Assembly (NCBI GenBank): GCA_964473825.1
Contig: CAYYQL010000002.1
Span: 64,001 to 128,000 of the forward strand
Reading direction: 5' to 3'
Origin: an uncultured archaeon
GTDB lineage: Archaea; Asgardarchaeota; Thorarchaeia; Thorarchaeales; Thorarchaeaceae
Length of the DNA stretch: 64,000 nt
The notes under the pieces: model-generated
Databases searched by the model: none
The model's input: the letters and a program-made list of their open reading frames with translations, nothing else
What the model was told of the DNA's origin: nothing
Shown here: piece by piece, positions 37,025 to 47,946 of the stretch
Layout: each line of letters starts with the position of its first letter
How positions within the stretch are numbered: position 1 is the first letter of the stretch
Made by a program: the position numbers and the translations under genes

Positions 37025-38989
37025 TTGAGTGGCGTTGGAAAGAAGATGAGTCAGCAGGAACTATCCTATGAAGATTTCTTCCCTTATGCCTCCAAGAGGG
37101 CTGGACAGGCAGACATGATGAACAGGATAGAGGACTGTGTACGTGCAGGAACAAACATACTCTGCGAGGCGCCAAATGGATTCGGAAAGACATGTGCCAC
37201 TTTGTGTGCTATTCTACCGTGGGCCCAGAAACATAGGGGGAAGGTCCTCTATTGCGCGCGAACACATAGACAGCTGGACCGCGTTGTTGAAGAACTTGGC
37301 CAGATTGAAAAAACGAAAAATGTTTCGGGACTGTCATTCCGTGGACGAAGCCATATGTGCATCAACAAGTTCGTGCTTGATAATGCGGATATGATAGTTT
37401 CAGTCAGCGAGATGTGCCAACAACTGAAAGCAGATGGCAAATGTGCCTTCTATGAGAAGACCCGGAAACTTGGTGACCCAGAGGTCCTTCTTACAGACAT
37501 GCCGAAGAAGATTCTGACTGCACCTGAGATAGCCATGATTGCAAGAAAACGAGGCTTATGCCCATACGAGCTGGCGAAAAGACTTGCAAGAGCTGTCGAT
37601 GTGATAGCTCTTTCATACCTCTATGTATTTGACCCCTCCATTAGAGAAACCTTCATACCGGAGCTAGATTTTCCCATGTCTCGGGCAGTGCTTGTTCAAG
37701 ATGAGGCGCACAACGTCCCATCCACTGCACTCGACTCAGCAAGTGAAAAGTTGACTCTGGGAACAATCCGTCAAGCAATGCGCGAAGGGCGCACCTACAA
37801 CGATCAAGTAACCTATGACTTCTGCAGAGCCCTTGCACAGTCTATCATCGATATATCAGCGGGTATCTCAAATAACGATGAAATGATTGTGAATTCAGTT
37901 GGTATCTACGAGAAGGCAGTGGAGGAATCGGGAATTGGGGATGCAACTCATCCGTTGACACATATGAACGAATTGGGTGCCAATATTAGGAAGAATCAAC
38001 TTCGCCATGGTAAACCGCCAAGATCAGCAATATACCGTGTCGCCGATTTCATGATTAACTGGCTGGACCATTCTGACAGAAATGACTATGCATTTGTGCT
38101 TTCATCTGAGCTTAGAAGATTTCAGAGTAGAAGAATTGCCCTAGAAAGAGTAGCACTTGACCCCACCGCGGTCACTATTCCCCTGCTTCGATTCCTTCGT
38201 TGTTCTGTTGCCGTGTCGGGTACGGCATCGCCGCTCTCTGCATATGCTGAAATGCTTGGATTTTGCGAAGACTCTGCGCAGGTGTCCTTTCGTAGCCCGT
38301 TTAGTGATCAGACGAGGATTGGAGTTGTTGTGGAAGGGGTGGACACATCCTATAACGCGCGTTCTGATGAGATGTTCACAAGGATGGTTGAGCATTGTGC
38401 TGTAGTAGTGGAAGGAACTCCCGGAAATACGGGAATCTTTACGACCAGTTACGGAATAGCTGCAGCCCTTCGAAAGGCAGGCTTGGAACGAAGAGTTTCA
38501 AAGAAGTTGTTCTTGGAAAAGCAGGGAGCTGCAGGAAAAGAGAATGACAAGATGATTGAAGAATTCAAGCTCCAAGGACAGAGTGGTGGTGCGGTGCTCT
38601 TAGGAGTACAAGGGGGTAGGAACTCAGAGGGGGGAGATTTCCCGGGCCCCACAATGGAGAGTGTTGTAGTTGTGGGGGTTCCTTATGCTAGACCTACTCC
38701 ACGGACTGAGGCTCTGATTTCCTACTATGACACACGTTTCAATGGCCGAGGGAGGGACTATGCATATGTTCTCCCTGCGATGACAAGATCCATTCAGACT
38801 GCAGGGAGACCCGTTAGAAGACTTGATGATCGTGGAGTGATAGTCTTACTGGATCAGAGGTTCAACACGCCCTATCTCAAGAGGTTCATGCCACCTTGGC
38901 TTGGGGAGATAGTTCATAGTATTCCAGATAGTCCAGCAATGCTCTCTTCTATAGTGACAGAATTTTTCAGAGGGGCACATGAGGAGTGA
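37025..38989 (+). CDS. xpd: XPD/Rad3-family Fe-S DNA helicase
   Basis: APNGFGKT, RTHRQ, Fe-S cysteines (C..C..C..CPY), QDEAHN, SEGGDFPG, QTAGRPVR. Confidence 0.93.
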   Translation: MSGVGKKMSQQELSYEDFFPYASKRAGQADMMNRIEDCVRAGTNILCEAPNGFGKTCATLCAILPWAQKHRGKVLYCARTHRQLDRVVEELGQIEKTKNVSGLSFRGRSHMCINKFVLDNADMIVSVSEMCQQLKADGKCAFYEKTRKLGDPEVLLTDMPKKILTAPEIAMIARKRGLCPYELAKRLARAVDVIALSYLYVFDPSIRETFIPELDFPMSRAVLVQDEAHNVPSTALDSASEKLTLGTIRQAMREGRTYNDQVTYDFCRALAQSIIDISAGISNNDEMIVNSVGIYEKAVEESGIGDATHPLTHMNELGANIRKNQLRHGKPPRSAIYRVADFMINWLDHSDRNDYAFVLSSELRRFQSRRIALERVALDPTAVTIPLLRFLRCSVAVSGTASPLSAYAEMLGFCEDSAQVSFRSPFSDQTRIGVVVEGVDTSYNARSDEMFTRMVEHCAVVVEGTPGNTGIFTTSYGIAAALRKAGLERRVSKKLFLEKQGAAGKENDKMIEEFKLQGQSGGAVLLGVQGGRNSEGGDFPGPTMESVVVVGVPYARPTPRTEALISYYDTRFNGRGRDYAYVLPAMTRSIQTAGRPVRRLDDRGVIVLLDQRFNTPYLKRFMPPWLGEIVHSIPDSPAMLSSIVTEFFRGAHEE

Positions 38990-39743
38990 TAATCTCCTCT
39001 AGTGAGAGTGTGCCTGATAGTAGTTCTTCTGCTTCGCCTGTTGATATCTCAATACGTCCATTGGTTAGTCTGCTGACGAGCCGCTTGAGCGAACGGATAT
39101 AACCAGTCCTTGGTTCCAGCTGCAGACTTGCAGATGTAATCGACTCGCCAGGTCTGAGGGCGATGAGCATAGCCGACGATATATCCGCATCAGGGCCTTT
39201 GGTAATGGTGGTATGATGCTCGTCTACCAGTTCGATATCAGTCGATGATTTGGCATCCAGTATCGGTCGAACAACAAGCACTCTATAGAGGGGGGATCCT
39301 GACCCTACTCGGACTAAAAAACGGCACTCGGGATAGGTTTCCGAGATGTAATTGTTCCAGCCAGATACGATATCAGCAGCCCTCAGAGGGGATCGAGTAA
39401 CATGTGTCGATACCGCCCTCTCATCCATATTCAGTGCAAGACCGTATCTGAAACCGGGGTCAATGCCTGCAACGACCAACGATGGCGCGGAGATATCATT
39501 CAGTCGCATAAGAATCTCGATTCGTACTTGTTCCTCATCTGGTATCTCTCCGAGTAGAACAAGACGCGGATCGGACAAATCTGGCGCTTCGTCTTGAGTA
39601 GACAAGAGAACCTTGGTCAGAGTGCAGGCCTCATCATCGGGGGTACAGACTATGGAAGAGAGCTCAAGTTTCTTGAGAATCTCCAGAGTCAAATAGAGAG
39701 TCTTGGGTTTTTCCGTAGCAACAGCAATCTCTGGATGTGACAT
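38967..39743 (-). CDS. hypothetical protein with an RNase H-like domain
   Basis: AGIDPG...GLA, RVGSG, LVDE..TT, D..SA.LIA pattern. Confidence 0.6.
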   Translation of the reverse strand: MSHPEIAVATEKPKTLYLTLEILKKLELSSIVCTPDDEACTLTKVLLSTQDEAPDLSDPRLVLLGEIPDEEQVRIEILMRLNDISAPSLVVAGIDPGFRYGLALNMDERAVSTHVTRSPLRAADIVSGWNNYISETYPECRFLVRVGSGSPLYRVLVVRPILDAKSSTDIELVDEHHTTITKGPDADISSAMLIALRPGESITSASLQLEPRTGYIRSLKRLVSRLTNGRIEISTGEAEELLSGTLSLEEIITPHVPL

Positions 39744-39789
39744 GCTCTATTTTTCCTCTCTTGAGCTAACCTTATCACTCTGATGATAT

Positions 39790-40503
39790 ATGCCGCTTGT
39801 GGTGATATTATCTTTGACTCTTCCGTCGAGAATCTCAAGACTTGATTTGATGCTCGGGGGTGGCATTCGCACAGGTGATATCACACATGTCTACGGAATG
39901 GCAGGTTCGGGAAAGACAACTCTAGCACTTGAATTCGTCTTGTCAGCTGTTCGAATGAACTATCACACAATATACGTGAACTCGGAGGGGTCTTCGCCAA
40001 TTGAGAGAATAGAACAGATGTCTGGAAGTCCCTACCACGAGCTTGTGGACTCTATCAACATCATTGTGCCCAAGGACTTTGGAGAACAAGGAGGAATCAT
40101 CGAGGATCTTAATCTATATGCCCCAAAGACTACACGACTCATCGTGGTTGATACGCTGACACGGTTGTACAGGGCCTCATTGGATGATAAGAAGACGAAT
40201 TACGCTGCACATAGAGAACTGAACAGACAGGCAGGCTTCCTGAAGGGGATTGCCAAGCAAAGGGATATTGCGATTTTGGTTTTGAATCAAGTCAGAGCCA
40301 AACTAGATGGTTCTGACGATTTCGAGCCTGTGGCAAGAAATATCATGGAATACTGGTCAGACGTGACATTGAAAGTGTTGATTGGAGAAACAGAGGCTGA
40401 GAGACTGATAAAGAGAACCGACTTCCCGTCAGATAAACCCTGTGTAAGAGTTACAATCCAGAATCAAGGATTGGTCGCCGAAGATAACACACAACAAGAG
40501 TGA
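39790..40503 (+). CDS. radB: DNA repair protein RadB
   Basis: LDLMLGGGI, GMAGSGKT, LIVVD, VLNQV; short RecA fold. Confidence 0.85.
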   Translation: MPLVVILSLTLPSRISRLDLMLGGGIRTGDITHVYGMAGSGKTTLALEFVLSAVRMNYHTIYVNSEGSSPIERIEQMSGSPYHELVDSINIIVPKDFGEQGGIIEDLNLYAPKTTRLIVVDTLTRLYRASLDDKKTNYAAHRELNRQAGFLKGIAKQRDIAILVLNQVRAKLDGSDDFEPVARNIMEYWSDVTLKVLIGETEAERLIKRTDFPSDKPCVRVTIQNQGLVAEDNTQQE

Positions 40504-40542
40504 AAAACATAGAATCAGGAAACGGAAAGGGAGCGCCACCAG

Positions 40543-41103
40543 ATGTACGAGGAAATAGTAATCATCGAGCTAGCTCTGTGGCTGGGCTTACCCGCTTGGA
40601 TAGCCAATTCTACTCCGGTGATCTTTGGGGGTGGCACTCCTATTGATAGAGAAAAAACACTCAGTGATGGACGAAGAATACTGGGGGATGGAAAGACCCT
40701 TCGCGGGTTCGTCGCAGGGGTTCTATGTGGAACTCTTACGGGGGTAGTACAGATCTCCATCGCGCCACTTCTTTTCCCGGTACTTTCCAACTATGTGATT
40801 GTCACATCAATCATGGAAGAGATTCTCTTCATGTCAGTACCCATTGTTGTGTTGCTCTCAGTGGGAGCCCTTCTTGGGGATATGATAGGGTCGTTTCTCA
40901 AGAGGAGAGTTGGACTTCAGAGGGGAGGGCCTGCACCTGTACTAGATCAGCTCGGGTTCATCATTGCAGCACTTGCATTAGCCTCTCCATTCATACAACC
41001 TAGTGCCATTTACGTCATTGTGCTCGTTTCCGTGACCCTGCTAGCACACTGGATAACGAATGTACTGGGATACCTTCTGGGCCTGAAAGAGAATCCTTGG
41101 TGA
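40543..41103 (+). CDS. carS: CDP-archaeol synthase
   Basis: PAWIANSTPVIFGGGTPID, GDGKT.RG, GDMIGSFLKRR, LDQ. Confidence 0.95.
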   Translation: MYEEIVIIELALWLGLPAWIANSTPVIFGGGTPIDREKTLSDGRRILGDGKTLRGFVAGVLCGTLTGVVQISIAPLLFPVLSNYVIVTSIMEEILFMSVPIVVLLSVGALLGDMIGSFLKRRVGLQRGGPAPVLDQLGFIIAALALASPFIQPSAIYVIVLVSVTLLAHWITNVLGYLLGLKENPW

Positions 41104-41269
41104 AAAGGAATACCTGAAAGAAGCGTACAGATGTGCAGCTAAGCCCAAGGATAGATTAAAAAGGTCGGCGAGTGCCCTTAACTCATTCTGTTGCGTCGGC
41201 TAAGACCAGAGTGTCCCAGCAGAGTTTAATCGACCCACTAAATTTCTCAGTACCGGAGTCGCTTCAACA

Positions 41270-42121
41270 ATGAAGGTATCAGATTGCATGCAGTCAGACA
41301 TAGTCTATGTGTCCGTTCCTGGCACGAGAGAAGACGTTCTGCAGATTATGGCGGAACAAGAAATCATGGGCTTGCCAGTAGTGAAGAAGGGAACCAAGAA
41401 ACTCGTGGGAATTGTGACTAGGACTGACCTATTAAAGAAGGCAGATGAGAATCAACTGGCCATGTTGATGGTGCGAGACCCAAAGACCGTCACCCCACGA
41501 ACGGAGATTAAGACAGCCGCAAAGATGATGTTAGAGAACGACTTCCGCAGACTCCCAGTTGTTGATAATGACGAATTGGTTGGGCTCATCACTATAGCCG
41601 ATATTTTGGGTGCTGTATTGGTAGGCAATGATGAATTTGAGCAGATGGATGTACGCGATTTCGTGAAGAAACAAGTTAATGCGGTCTGGGAAGAAACCCC
41701 CTTGCCGCTTTCGTATCTCATCATGGAAATGGCAGATGTTACGAGTTTAGTGGTACTGAATGCTGCCGGGGGAATCACAGGGATGATTTCTGTTAGCGAT
41801 TTCGTGCGCCTATCTGAAGTGACCATAGAAGACAATATCTCGAAGACATATAGCGGCTCTGATAGCGCGGCGGACTGGGGCTGGACGTCAAAGGACTTCC
41901 TAGTTGTAACTAAGAAACTGCTGAAACTGCCAAATGTGCCCATAGGAGCCATTATGACCAAGAACATAATCACAGTGAGTGAGGTCACAACTGTTTCGGA
42001 ATGTGTTCAGATACTTAGAAAGAATAACATTGACCAAGCACCAGCTATTTCAGCCACGGGTAACCTCATTGGTATGATTGAAGACAGAAGTCTGCTGCAG
42101 CTAGCGCTCGAGCATTCTTGA
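41270..42121 (+). CDS. CBS-domain protein (two CBS pairs)
   Basis: Repeated LPVV/G.V/IT..D CBS motifs. Confidence 0.9.
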   Translation: MKVSDCMQSDIVYVSVPGTREDVLQIMAEQEIMGLPVVKKGTKKLVGIVTRTDLLKKADENQLAMLMVRDPKTVTPRTEIKTAAKMMLENDFRRLPVVDNDELVGLITIADILGAVLVGNDEFEQMDVRDFVKKQVNAVWEETPLPLSYLIMEMADVTSLVVLNAAGGITGMISVSDFVRLSEVTIEDNISKTYSGSDSAADWGWTSKDFLVVTKKLLKLPNVPIGAIMTKNIITVSEVTTVSECVQILRKNNIDQAPAISATGNLIGMIEDRSLLQLALEHS

Positions 42122-45100
42122 TCAATTGAGGAAATCTTCAATACATGTCTGTTCTGAAATGAAGAGAGAGTCCAAAGCTGACTCTATCAGGCGCAACCTC
42201 TGCCCAAGATAACCGCCGAGTCCATTATCAGCAATAATCTTCTTCGATATTTCAAGGTACTTAGAGATGTTTTTCTGACTAACCGTCAGAGAGAGTGGAG
42301 AGCCACATTCACAAACACCAGATAACGGAATTCTTCTGTATACGCGATTACATCTTCGGCATTGAGTCTTCTGAGTAGAATATGCGCGAAGATTACCACG
42401 GATATCACGAATGAAATGATGGGAGATAACCCGTTCCGCTACATCTCCTTCATCTACTGCAGCAATCATCTTTGCAAGCTTCAGCTGTGCCTCAAGCTTC
42501 TCAATCATGGTGCCCAGAGTCTTATAGCGCGAGTTTTTGGGCCCAAGGTCAAAGGAACCTGTTCCGTGGGTGAACTGGAACCCCTCATATTGTGCCTGTG
42601 AGTCCAAGCGGTTGGCAATGATATCTACCAAGGATTCCACCTCTCGGGGATGTTTCGCCTTTGAAACATGCCGATAGAATTCTGCAGGATATCGGCTACA
42701 AACTTCCATGTTATGACTCTCATCATCTACTTCTTCCGGGTTCAGGATCACAGATAACACTAGAGGGGCATCCATGAATCCTCCACGTCCAGCGGGGAGA
42801 TATGCCTTTGAGAAGTTGATGAGAGCGTCCATCACGAGTATCAAGGCGTCTTCATCACCATCACAGTTGCGTCGCTTTGCAGCATGCCAGTATGGGTGTG
42901 CGTAGCAGACACTGGCATTGGTGAATCCAATAATCCGGCCAATGATTCCTGCAGAAGTGTGTGGTGCAAGCCCAATAACCAGTGTACCAAGGATATCTTC
43001 TTGATTCTTGAACTCGTAGTACCGATCCAGTCCATAGATTTTCTCCAGACAGTCATCTACGAAGAGCGCAACCCGCACCATGTAGTCTGCACACTTCTCT
43101 GGCACTATGAGATCTTGTACCTTCAGTTCGACTACTTGCTCCTCAGAGGTTAACTTTTCACCATTGACATCTATACTGTATCCCAGGTCTCTTAGTTTGG
43201 AGACCGAAACACCAATCTCCTTGGGTATGAAGTGAGTGAGGGGGGCATCTGTTGCATCGAATCGAGCAGTACCGTCCCGGTAGCAGTATACATCATGCTT
43301 CGCCCTTAGAATCCCCTTTCCCAGGTACTCTGGGATTTTATAGTCATTGGTGAGTCCAAGCACACCCTTGACGCCGTATGTCTGGTGTTCGCCAATGTCT
43401 TCTTTAATGCGTTCAATGAGTGAGCTAAGATATAGAGGCAATGGAGTCCACTTTGTTGCTCTTATTAGATTGATGTCATGATTGCGGGGACAGCGACCTG
43501 TGTTTTCAGCGATAGGTTCACCGCAGCCTTCATGGGAGCACCATCTTCGGATTAGAGTATGGATTCCGCATCGATAGCATCTGGACTCGAAGGTTTCTTC
43601 CCCACAACTTGGGCAGACTCTAGAAACCAGTTCAACATCAAAACCAGATTTATGGTGTACCGGTGGATTCGCTTCATAGAGAGTTGTCTGATTTCGGGAG
43701 GGGTCGTTCTCCCGTGCAACCTTCTCGATTTCCCGCTCAGTCCCCAATGCACGACCAACAGGGAAAAGTGCTTGAACTGCCGGATGCATCTTTCGGGCTT
43801 CGGCTTTCTCAGGACGGCCCATCCGGGCACCAATAGAAAATCCGAGTTTGTCACGGATCTCAACAGTGGAGTGGGAATTGATGAATTCGATTACCGGTCT
43901 GTTCGAGGGAGGAGAGTTCCTATCGCCTATCTGAGCTTGGACTGTAACAGGATGGTCAAGCAGTTCTATAATCCGTCCCCTATCCCGAAACATGTGAGAA
44001 ACACCAAGGCGCTCTAAGTACTCTTTATGCTGAACACTGGCGGGCAATACAATCCGTTCCAAACCCTCAACCTTGACAATGTTTACCTCATCCAGAATCC
44101 AGTTACGGAGTTCTGCGGCCTCTTCCGTGGTCAGTACTCTCCATCTGTAAACATAGCGTGGATGAAGAGGCACTTCAAGCAAATCAGAAGTAACAACGGC
44201 CTCCTCAGGGGAGGGTATGTCACTGAGTGGAGATTGAATCCAAGACTCGAGTCGGTCATAGTCAATCCCTATCTCTTCCAGCCCCTTTTCGAGAGCTTTC
44301 TTTGTTTTCTTGCTGCAGGCCTCCTCCAAGTCATGAGACCACCACTCCTCGCAATATCCTGCGGGCACCAAAGGATGGTTGTTCTCCAGAAACTCTCCAA
44401 GAGCAACCAAGATGTCTCCCAGAAAGATGATCCGTTCGAGGGTCTCGCCGATTTTTCTTGCCTCTTCAACATCGCTAACTTGTTTGACTGTACCATCTCT
44501 TAGAAGCACAATGGGGCCTTCAATAGTATCTACGGGTGCGACTATCGATCCTTTTCCAGGGCGTTCTGTCCTAATGTGAGTCCCGGGAGCCAGAAATTCA
44601 TCTACCATATACATGGTCGCAGGGTGAATGCCTACTCCTGCTAATCCCGTATTCCTCGATCGCCCATATCGTAAACGAAAACCGCCGTTTCGAGAGGGGT
44701 GAGAGAAGACAGGACGACCACCAATTACGTCCGCTAAGTAATCCTCCTTGGGAGAAAGCGGGCTCTTCTGTGACTTCTTCTTAGATGAGTCAGACTTTGA
44801 CATCTTTCTTGCTATCTCTTGGAGCCAATCCCAGCCCGGCATTTCTAGTCTATTGACAATTTTCGCCAGCTTGGCAGCCCTACCGACAACTCCATCATTC
44901 AGCACAAGAACCGACCCACCTCTGACGCGATTCGTTTCTATTCGTTCCAAATCGCGACTCCCTGATACCTCAAACTGTTCAGTGGGCTCGCCTGTCAGCA
45001 TTATGGGCAAGTTAGAGGCAGCAAACCGTATCAACTCAGGGTGGACAGGATACTGAAGGTGTACATTTCGTGCATAGAGTTCTACCTCCTCGAGAGCACG

Positions 45101-45670
45101 TTCAACCTCGTCGTCGGTCGGTGCAAGAGGTGGTAGACCCAATACTTGTCGAACGTAATCAGCAACAAGGACTGTCACTGCGGCCTCCGTGCCCCCCGCG
45201 GCTCTGATTGGTCCTGCGAGGTAGAGTGCAAGATACTTGGAATCGCCCGATCCGCGAATCCGTACTTTGGAGATTCCCTCCAAAGGGGCAGCCGTTATGC
45301 TCTCAGTGAGTATTGCTAGAGCAACGCGGACAGCTTTGTCTGCGGCTTTCTCTGAATCTTCAAATTCGCCCAGTGACTTCTCAGCTATCTCTCGGGCTAT
45401 TGTGAATGCAACTTCTTCTCTTGACATGGTTTTCTGGAGTTCGCGAATACGTCTTGCCACCCCGACTGGCCCTTCAAGAGTTGCTTCTACCCTAGCAGCA
45501 ACATCGTGTGCTGGGGGAATCTCCACCCTCAGTTCCGGATCGTAGCCCTTAGATCGCGCAGCCTCTGCAACAGCATATATCGCCTCAACTTCCTTATTCA
45601 GAGTGTTGAAGTATTGGCCATAACCTATGCTGTGCTTCGGTAGGGGGAGATTCTTTTCTGACACCGTCAA
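42122..45670 (-). CDS. polC: DNA polymerase D large subunit DP2
   Basis: GPIRAAGGT, GGFRLRYGR, GARMGRPEKA, AKRRNCDGDED, C-terminal zinc finger; start probably TTG 45670 or GTG 45664 rather than 45826; no intein seen. Confidence 0.97.
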   Translation of the reverse strand: MTVSEKNLPLPKHSIGYGQYFNTLNKEVEAIYAVAEAARSKGYDPELRVEIPPAHDVAARVEATLEGPVGVARRIRELQKTMSREEVAFTIAREIAEKSLGEFEDSEKAADKAVRVALAILTESITAAPLEGISKVRIRGSGDSKYLALYLAGPIRAAGGTEAAVTVLVADYVRQVLGLPPLAPTDDEVERALEEVELYARNVHLQYPVHPELIRFAASNLPIMLTGEPTEQFEVSGSRDLERIETNRVRGGSVLVLNDGVVGRAAKLAKIVNRLEMPGWDWLQEIARKMSKSDSSKKKSQKSPLSPKEDYLADVIGGRPVFSHPSRNGGFRLRYGRSRNTGLAGVGIHPATMYMVDEFLAPGTHIRTERPGKGSIVAPVDTIEGPIVLLRDGTVKQVSDVEEARKIGETLERIIFLGDILVALGEFLENNHPLVPAGYCEEWWSHDLEEACSKKTKKALEKGLEEIGIDYDRLESWIQSPLSDIPSPEEAVVTSDLLEVPLHPRYVYRWRVLTTEEAAELRNWILDEVNIVKVEGLERIVLPASVQHKEYLERLGVSHMFRDRGRIIELLDHPVTVQAQIGDRNSPPSNRPVIEFINSHSTVEIRDKLGFSIGARMGRPEKAEARKMHPAVQALFPVGRALGTEREIEKVARENDPSRNQTTLYEANPPVHHKSGFDVELVSRVCPSCGEETFESRCYRCGIHTLIRRWCSHEGCGEPIAENTGRCPRNHDINLIRATKWTPLPLYLSSLIERIKEDIGEHQTYGVKGVLGLTNDYKIPEYLGKGILRAKHDVYCYRDGTARFDATDAPLTHFIPKEIGVSVSKLRDLGYSIDVNGEKLTSEEQVVELKVQDLIVPEKCADYMVRVALFVDDCLEKIYGLDRYYEFKNQEDILGTLVIGLAPHTSAGIIGRIIGFTNASVCYAHPYWHAAKRRNCDGDEDALILVMDALINFSKAYLPAGRGGFMDAPLVLSVILNPEEVDDESHNMEVCSRYPAEFYRHVSKAKHPREVESLVDIIANRLDSQAQYEGFQFTHGTGSFDLGPKNSRYKTLGTMIEKLEAQLKLAKMIAAVDEGDVAERVISHHFIRDIRGNLRAYSTQKTQCRRCNRVYRRIPLSGVCECGSPLSLTVSQKNISKYLEISKKIIADNGLGGYLGQRLRLIESALDSLFISEQTCIEDFLN

Positions 45671-45816
45671 CCACTCAAATATCAGGAGGTCCTTTCTTTT
45701 GGATTTTGCCGAGACATAACATTCGTCCCGGGAGCTCGGACATGGCGAGCAGTGAGCTTTAAAGCCTAACTGAGAACACAACAGACTGAAACCACCATCA
45801 CGGGGAAGATAGATAG

Positions 45817-47589
45817 ATGCTAACATTAGAAGAAACGATTCAGCTCATTTTAGAGAATTCTCCTGAATATGAGAGAAAGGACATCATGAAGATGATCGAA
45901 GAGAAGAGACAAGAGCTGGGTCCCGAGGTTGTTAACGAGGAGTCTGCCGCTATGATAGTAGCTCGCGAGCTTGGAGTGGACCTCCAACAGGTCTCTGCTA
46001 GGGCGCGGATGAAGATTGAGGACATAACCGAATCGACAAGAAACGTAGCTTTGACTGCAAAAGTAGTTGGCGTAAGTGGTGTTCGGACTTTCTCAAGGTC
46101 TGATGGTGGGGAGGGCAAGGTGGCAAGCATTACGATTGCAGATAGTACCGGAAGGATGAGAGTAGCCCTGTGGGATGATATGACCGGAGCTGTTTCTGAT
46201 GAGGTTGTTTCGGTTGGGAGTATTGTTCAGATTCGTAATGCATACGTCAAGAAGGGGCTAAGAGATTCGCTTGAGCTTAACCTTGGAAGAATGGGCAATT
46301 TACGAGTGTTGGAGGACTACGAGCTAGACGATCTGGACATAGAGATTCCTGAGGGAGAGATGACAAGCATCTCGGATCTTGAAGAGAATATGTATGATAT
46401 TAGTATCAGATTTCAGGTTCAACGAGCATTTCCACTCAGTACATTCACACGGAAATCTGACGGTAGCGAAGGAAAAGTTCTGAGTGTGATTGGAGCTGAC
46501 GAAAGCGGGAGTACAAGAGTCACGTTTTGGGATGGGCATGCAGAACAGATGAAAGATGTAAGAGAAGGAGAGGTCATTCATCTTTCCGGCGCCTATACAA
46601 GGGCTGGAAGGTATGGAGATGTTGAAGTTCATTCCGGTAGGTCAGCGATAATCGAAAGAAACATCGATGAAGAGATTGATGCAGTTGAAGTTCAGGGTTT
46701 CGGAGCAACAACTAGTGAGCCCTTGGGCCGAAAGAACATCGATAATCTGACGGTTGAGATGCGTGATGTGGATATTGAAGGGAAGATTATCAGAATCTTC
46801 CCGCCAAATGAATTTGAAAGGGATGGCAGCAAAGGACGCGTTCAGAATCTAATGGTTGCAGATAGCACTGGTACAATTAGAATGACCTTCTGGAATGAAG
46901 ACGTTGATAAGATAGCAGACCTGAAGGAGGGAGAGGTAGTTCGTGTTCGCCACGGGTATGTCCGAGAGGGCTTTCGTGGAGGAGTTGAATTCCATGCCGG
47001 ACGAAGGAGCGAGATAGAGGTGAATCCCAAGGATTCCACACTGCAAGATCTCGATCTATCGGACGTTTCGGTTAGACCGACGACGAGGGCTAATCGAACC
47101 ATGATTGGTGATATCGATGAAGCCATGGTCCAGAAGATTGTCGAAATCTATGGCAATATCGTGAAGGTCTTTGAAAGTCGACCCGTTTATCCTGCCTGTC
47201 CTGATTGCCGTAAGAAGGTCGAAGTGGTGGAGGGAGGTCATAGATGTGATGTTCATGGTGACATTAAGGATGTGGAATACAGGACGTTGTTTAAGGTGGT
47301 TCTAGACGATGAAACCGGTTCAATTACTGTCACCCTCTTTGGAGAGGCGGGGGAGAAACTGCTTGACATGTCTGCAAATGAGGCCCAGAAACTCATCGAG
47401 AAGACGGGTAATGTCACCGAACCGATTGACTTAGCCTGGCCGAAGATTCAAGGACAAGACGTCGTAATCCAGGGGAGGGTGTCGATGTTCAGAAAATCGC
47501 TAGATATCACGGCGATTTCTTTGGAGTTCCCCGATCGTCTACAGGAAATAGCTCGACAGAAGGATGAGATTGAGAAGCTCATCAGCTAG
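45817..47589 (+). CDS. rpa: replication protein A (multi-OB-fold ssDNA-binding protein with zinc finger)
   Basis: Three repeated OB folds (D.TG...W) plus YPACPDC...CDVHG. Confidence 0.92.
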   Translation: MLTLEETIQLILENSPEYERKDIMKMIEEKRQELGPEVVNEESAAMIVARELGVDLQQVSARARMKIEDITESTRNVALTAKVVGVSGVRTFSRSDGGEGKVASITIADSTGRMRVALWDDMTGAVSDEVVSVGSIVQIRNAYVKKGLRDSLELNLGRMGNLRVLEDYELDDLDIEIPEGEMTSISDLEENMYDISIRFQVQRAFPLSTFTRKSDGSEGKVLSVIGADESGSTRVTFWDGHAEQMKDVREGEVIHLSGAYTRAGRYGDVEVHSGRSAIIERNIDEEIDAVEVQGFGATTSEPLGRKNIDNLTVEMRDVDIEGKIIRIFPPNEFERDGSKGRVQNLMVADSTGTIRMTFWNEDVDKIADLKEGEVVRVRHGYVREGFRGGVEFHAGRRSEIEVNPKDSTLQDLDLSDVSVRPTTRANRTMIGDIDEAMVQKIVEIYGNIVKVFESRPVYPACPDCRKKVEVVEGGHRCDVHGDIKDVEYRTLFKVVLDDETGSITVTLFGEAGEKLLDMSANEAQKLIEKTGNVTEPIDLAWPKIQGQDVVIQGRVSMFRKSLDITAISLEFPDRLQEIARQKDEIEKLIS

Positions 47590-47690
47590 ATAGGCACATA
47601 TCAGGGTACACCAACAGAAACCAAAGTTGGACATATAGTAGATAATAGTGAGGACAATGGGAGAACATCAGAGTGGGGTCTAAATGCTCT

Positions 47691-47875
47691 GTTCCTGATA
47701 ATAATCTGTTTCTTACAGTTTGGTGAGTGAGCCTCCCCTGTAAGAGACTTCTGCGTTCCACCTCTCCTCTGCCAGCGTCCAGAGCGGGATGTCAGCAAGG
47801 GGGAATCTTACATATATCTGATACTCTTGTCTGACAGATTAACTAGGAAAAGGGGGTATTTTCATTATCCCTGAA
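47691..47875 (-). repeat. ~185-bp structured repeat, copy B (inverted relative to copy A)
   Basis: Reverse complement aligns with 49988-50162 with a few substitutions and an ~11-nt insertion. Confidence 0.95.
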
Positions 47876-47946
47876 CTCTCATCTGGAAACCGCACTGGGG
47901 GAACAACTCTCTGGTGTCAAAGATTGTGCAACATACAATGAACGGT

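Noticed and set aside
42122-45826. Intein in DP2, or a real N-terminal extension
   Set aside because: No intein motifs seen; the extra N-terminal ~50 aa cross the divergent promoter and RPA start and are an ORF-calling artefact
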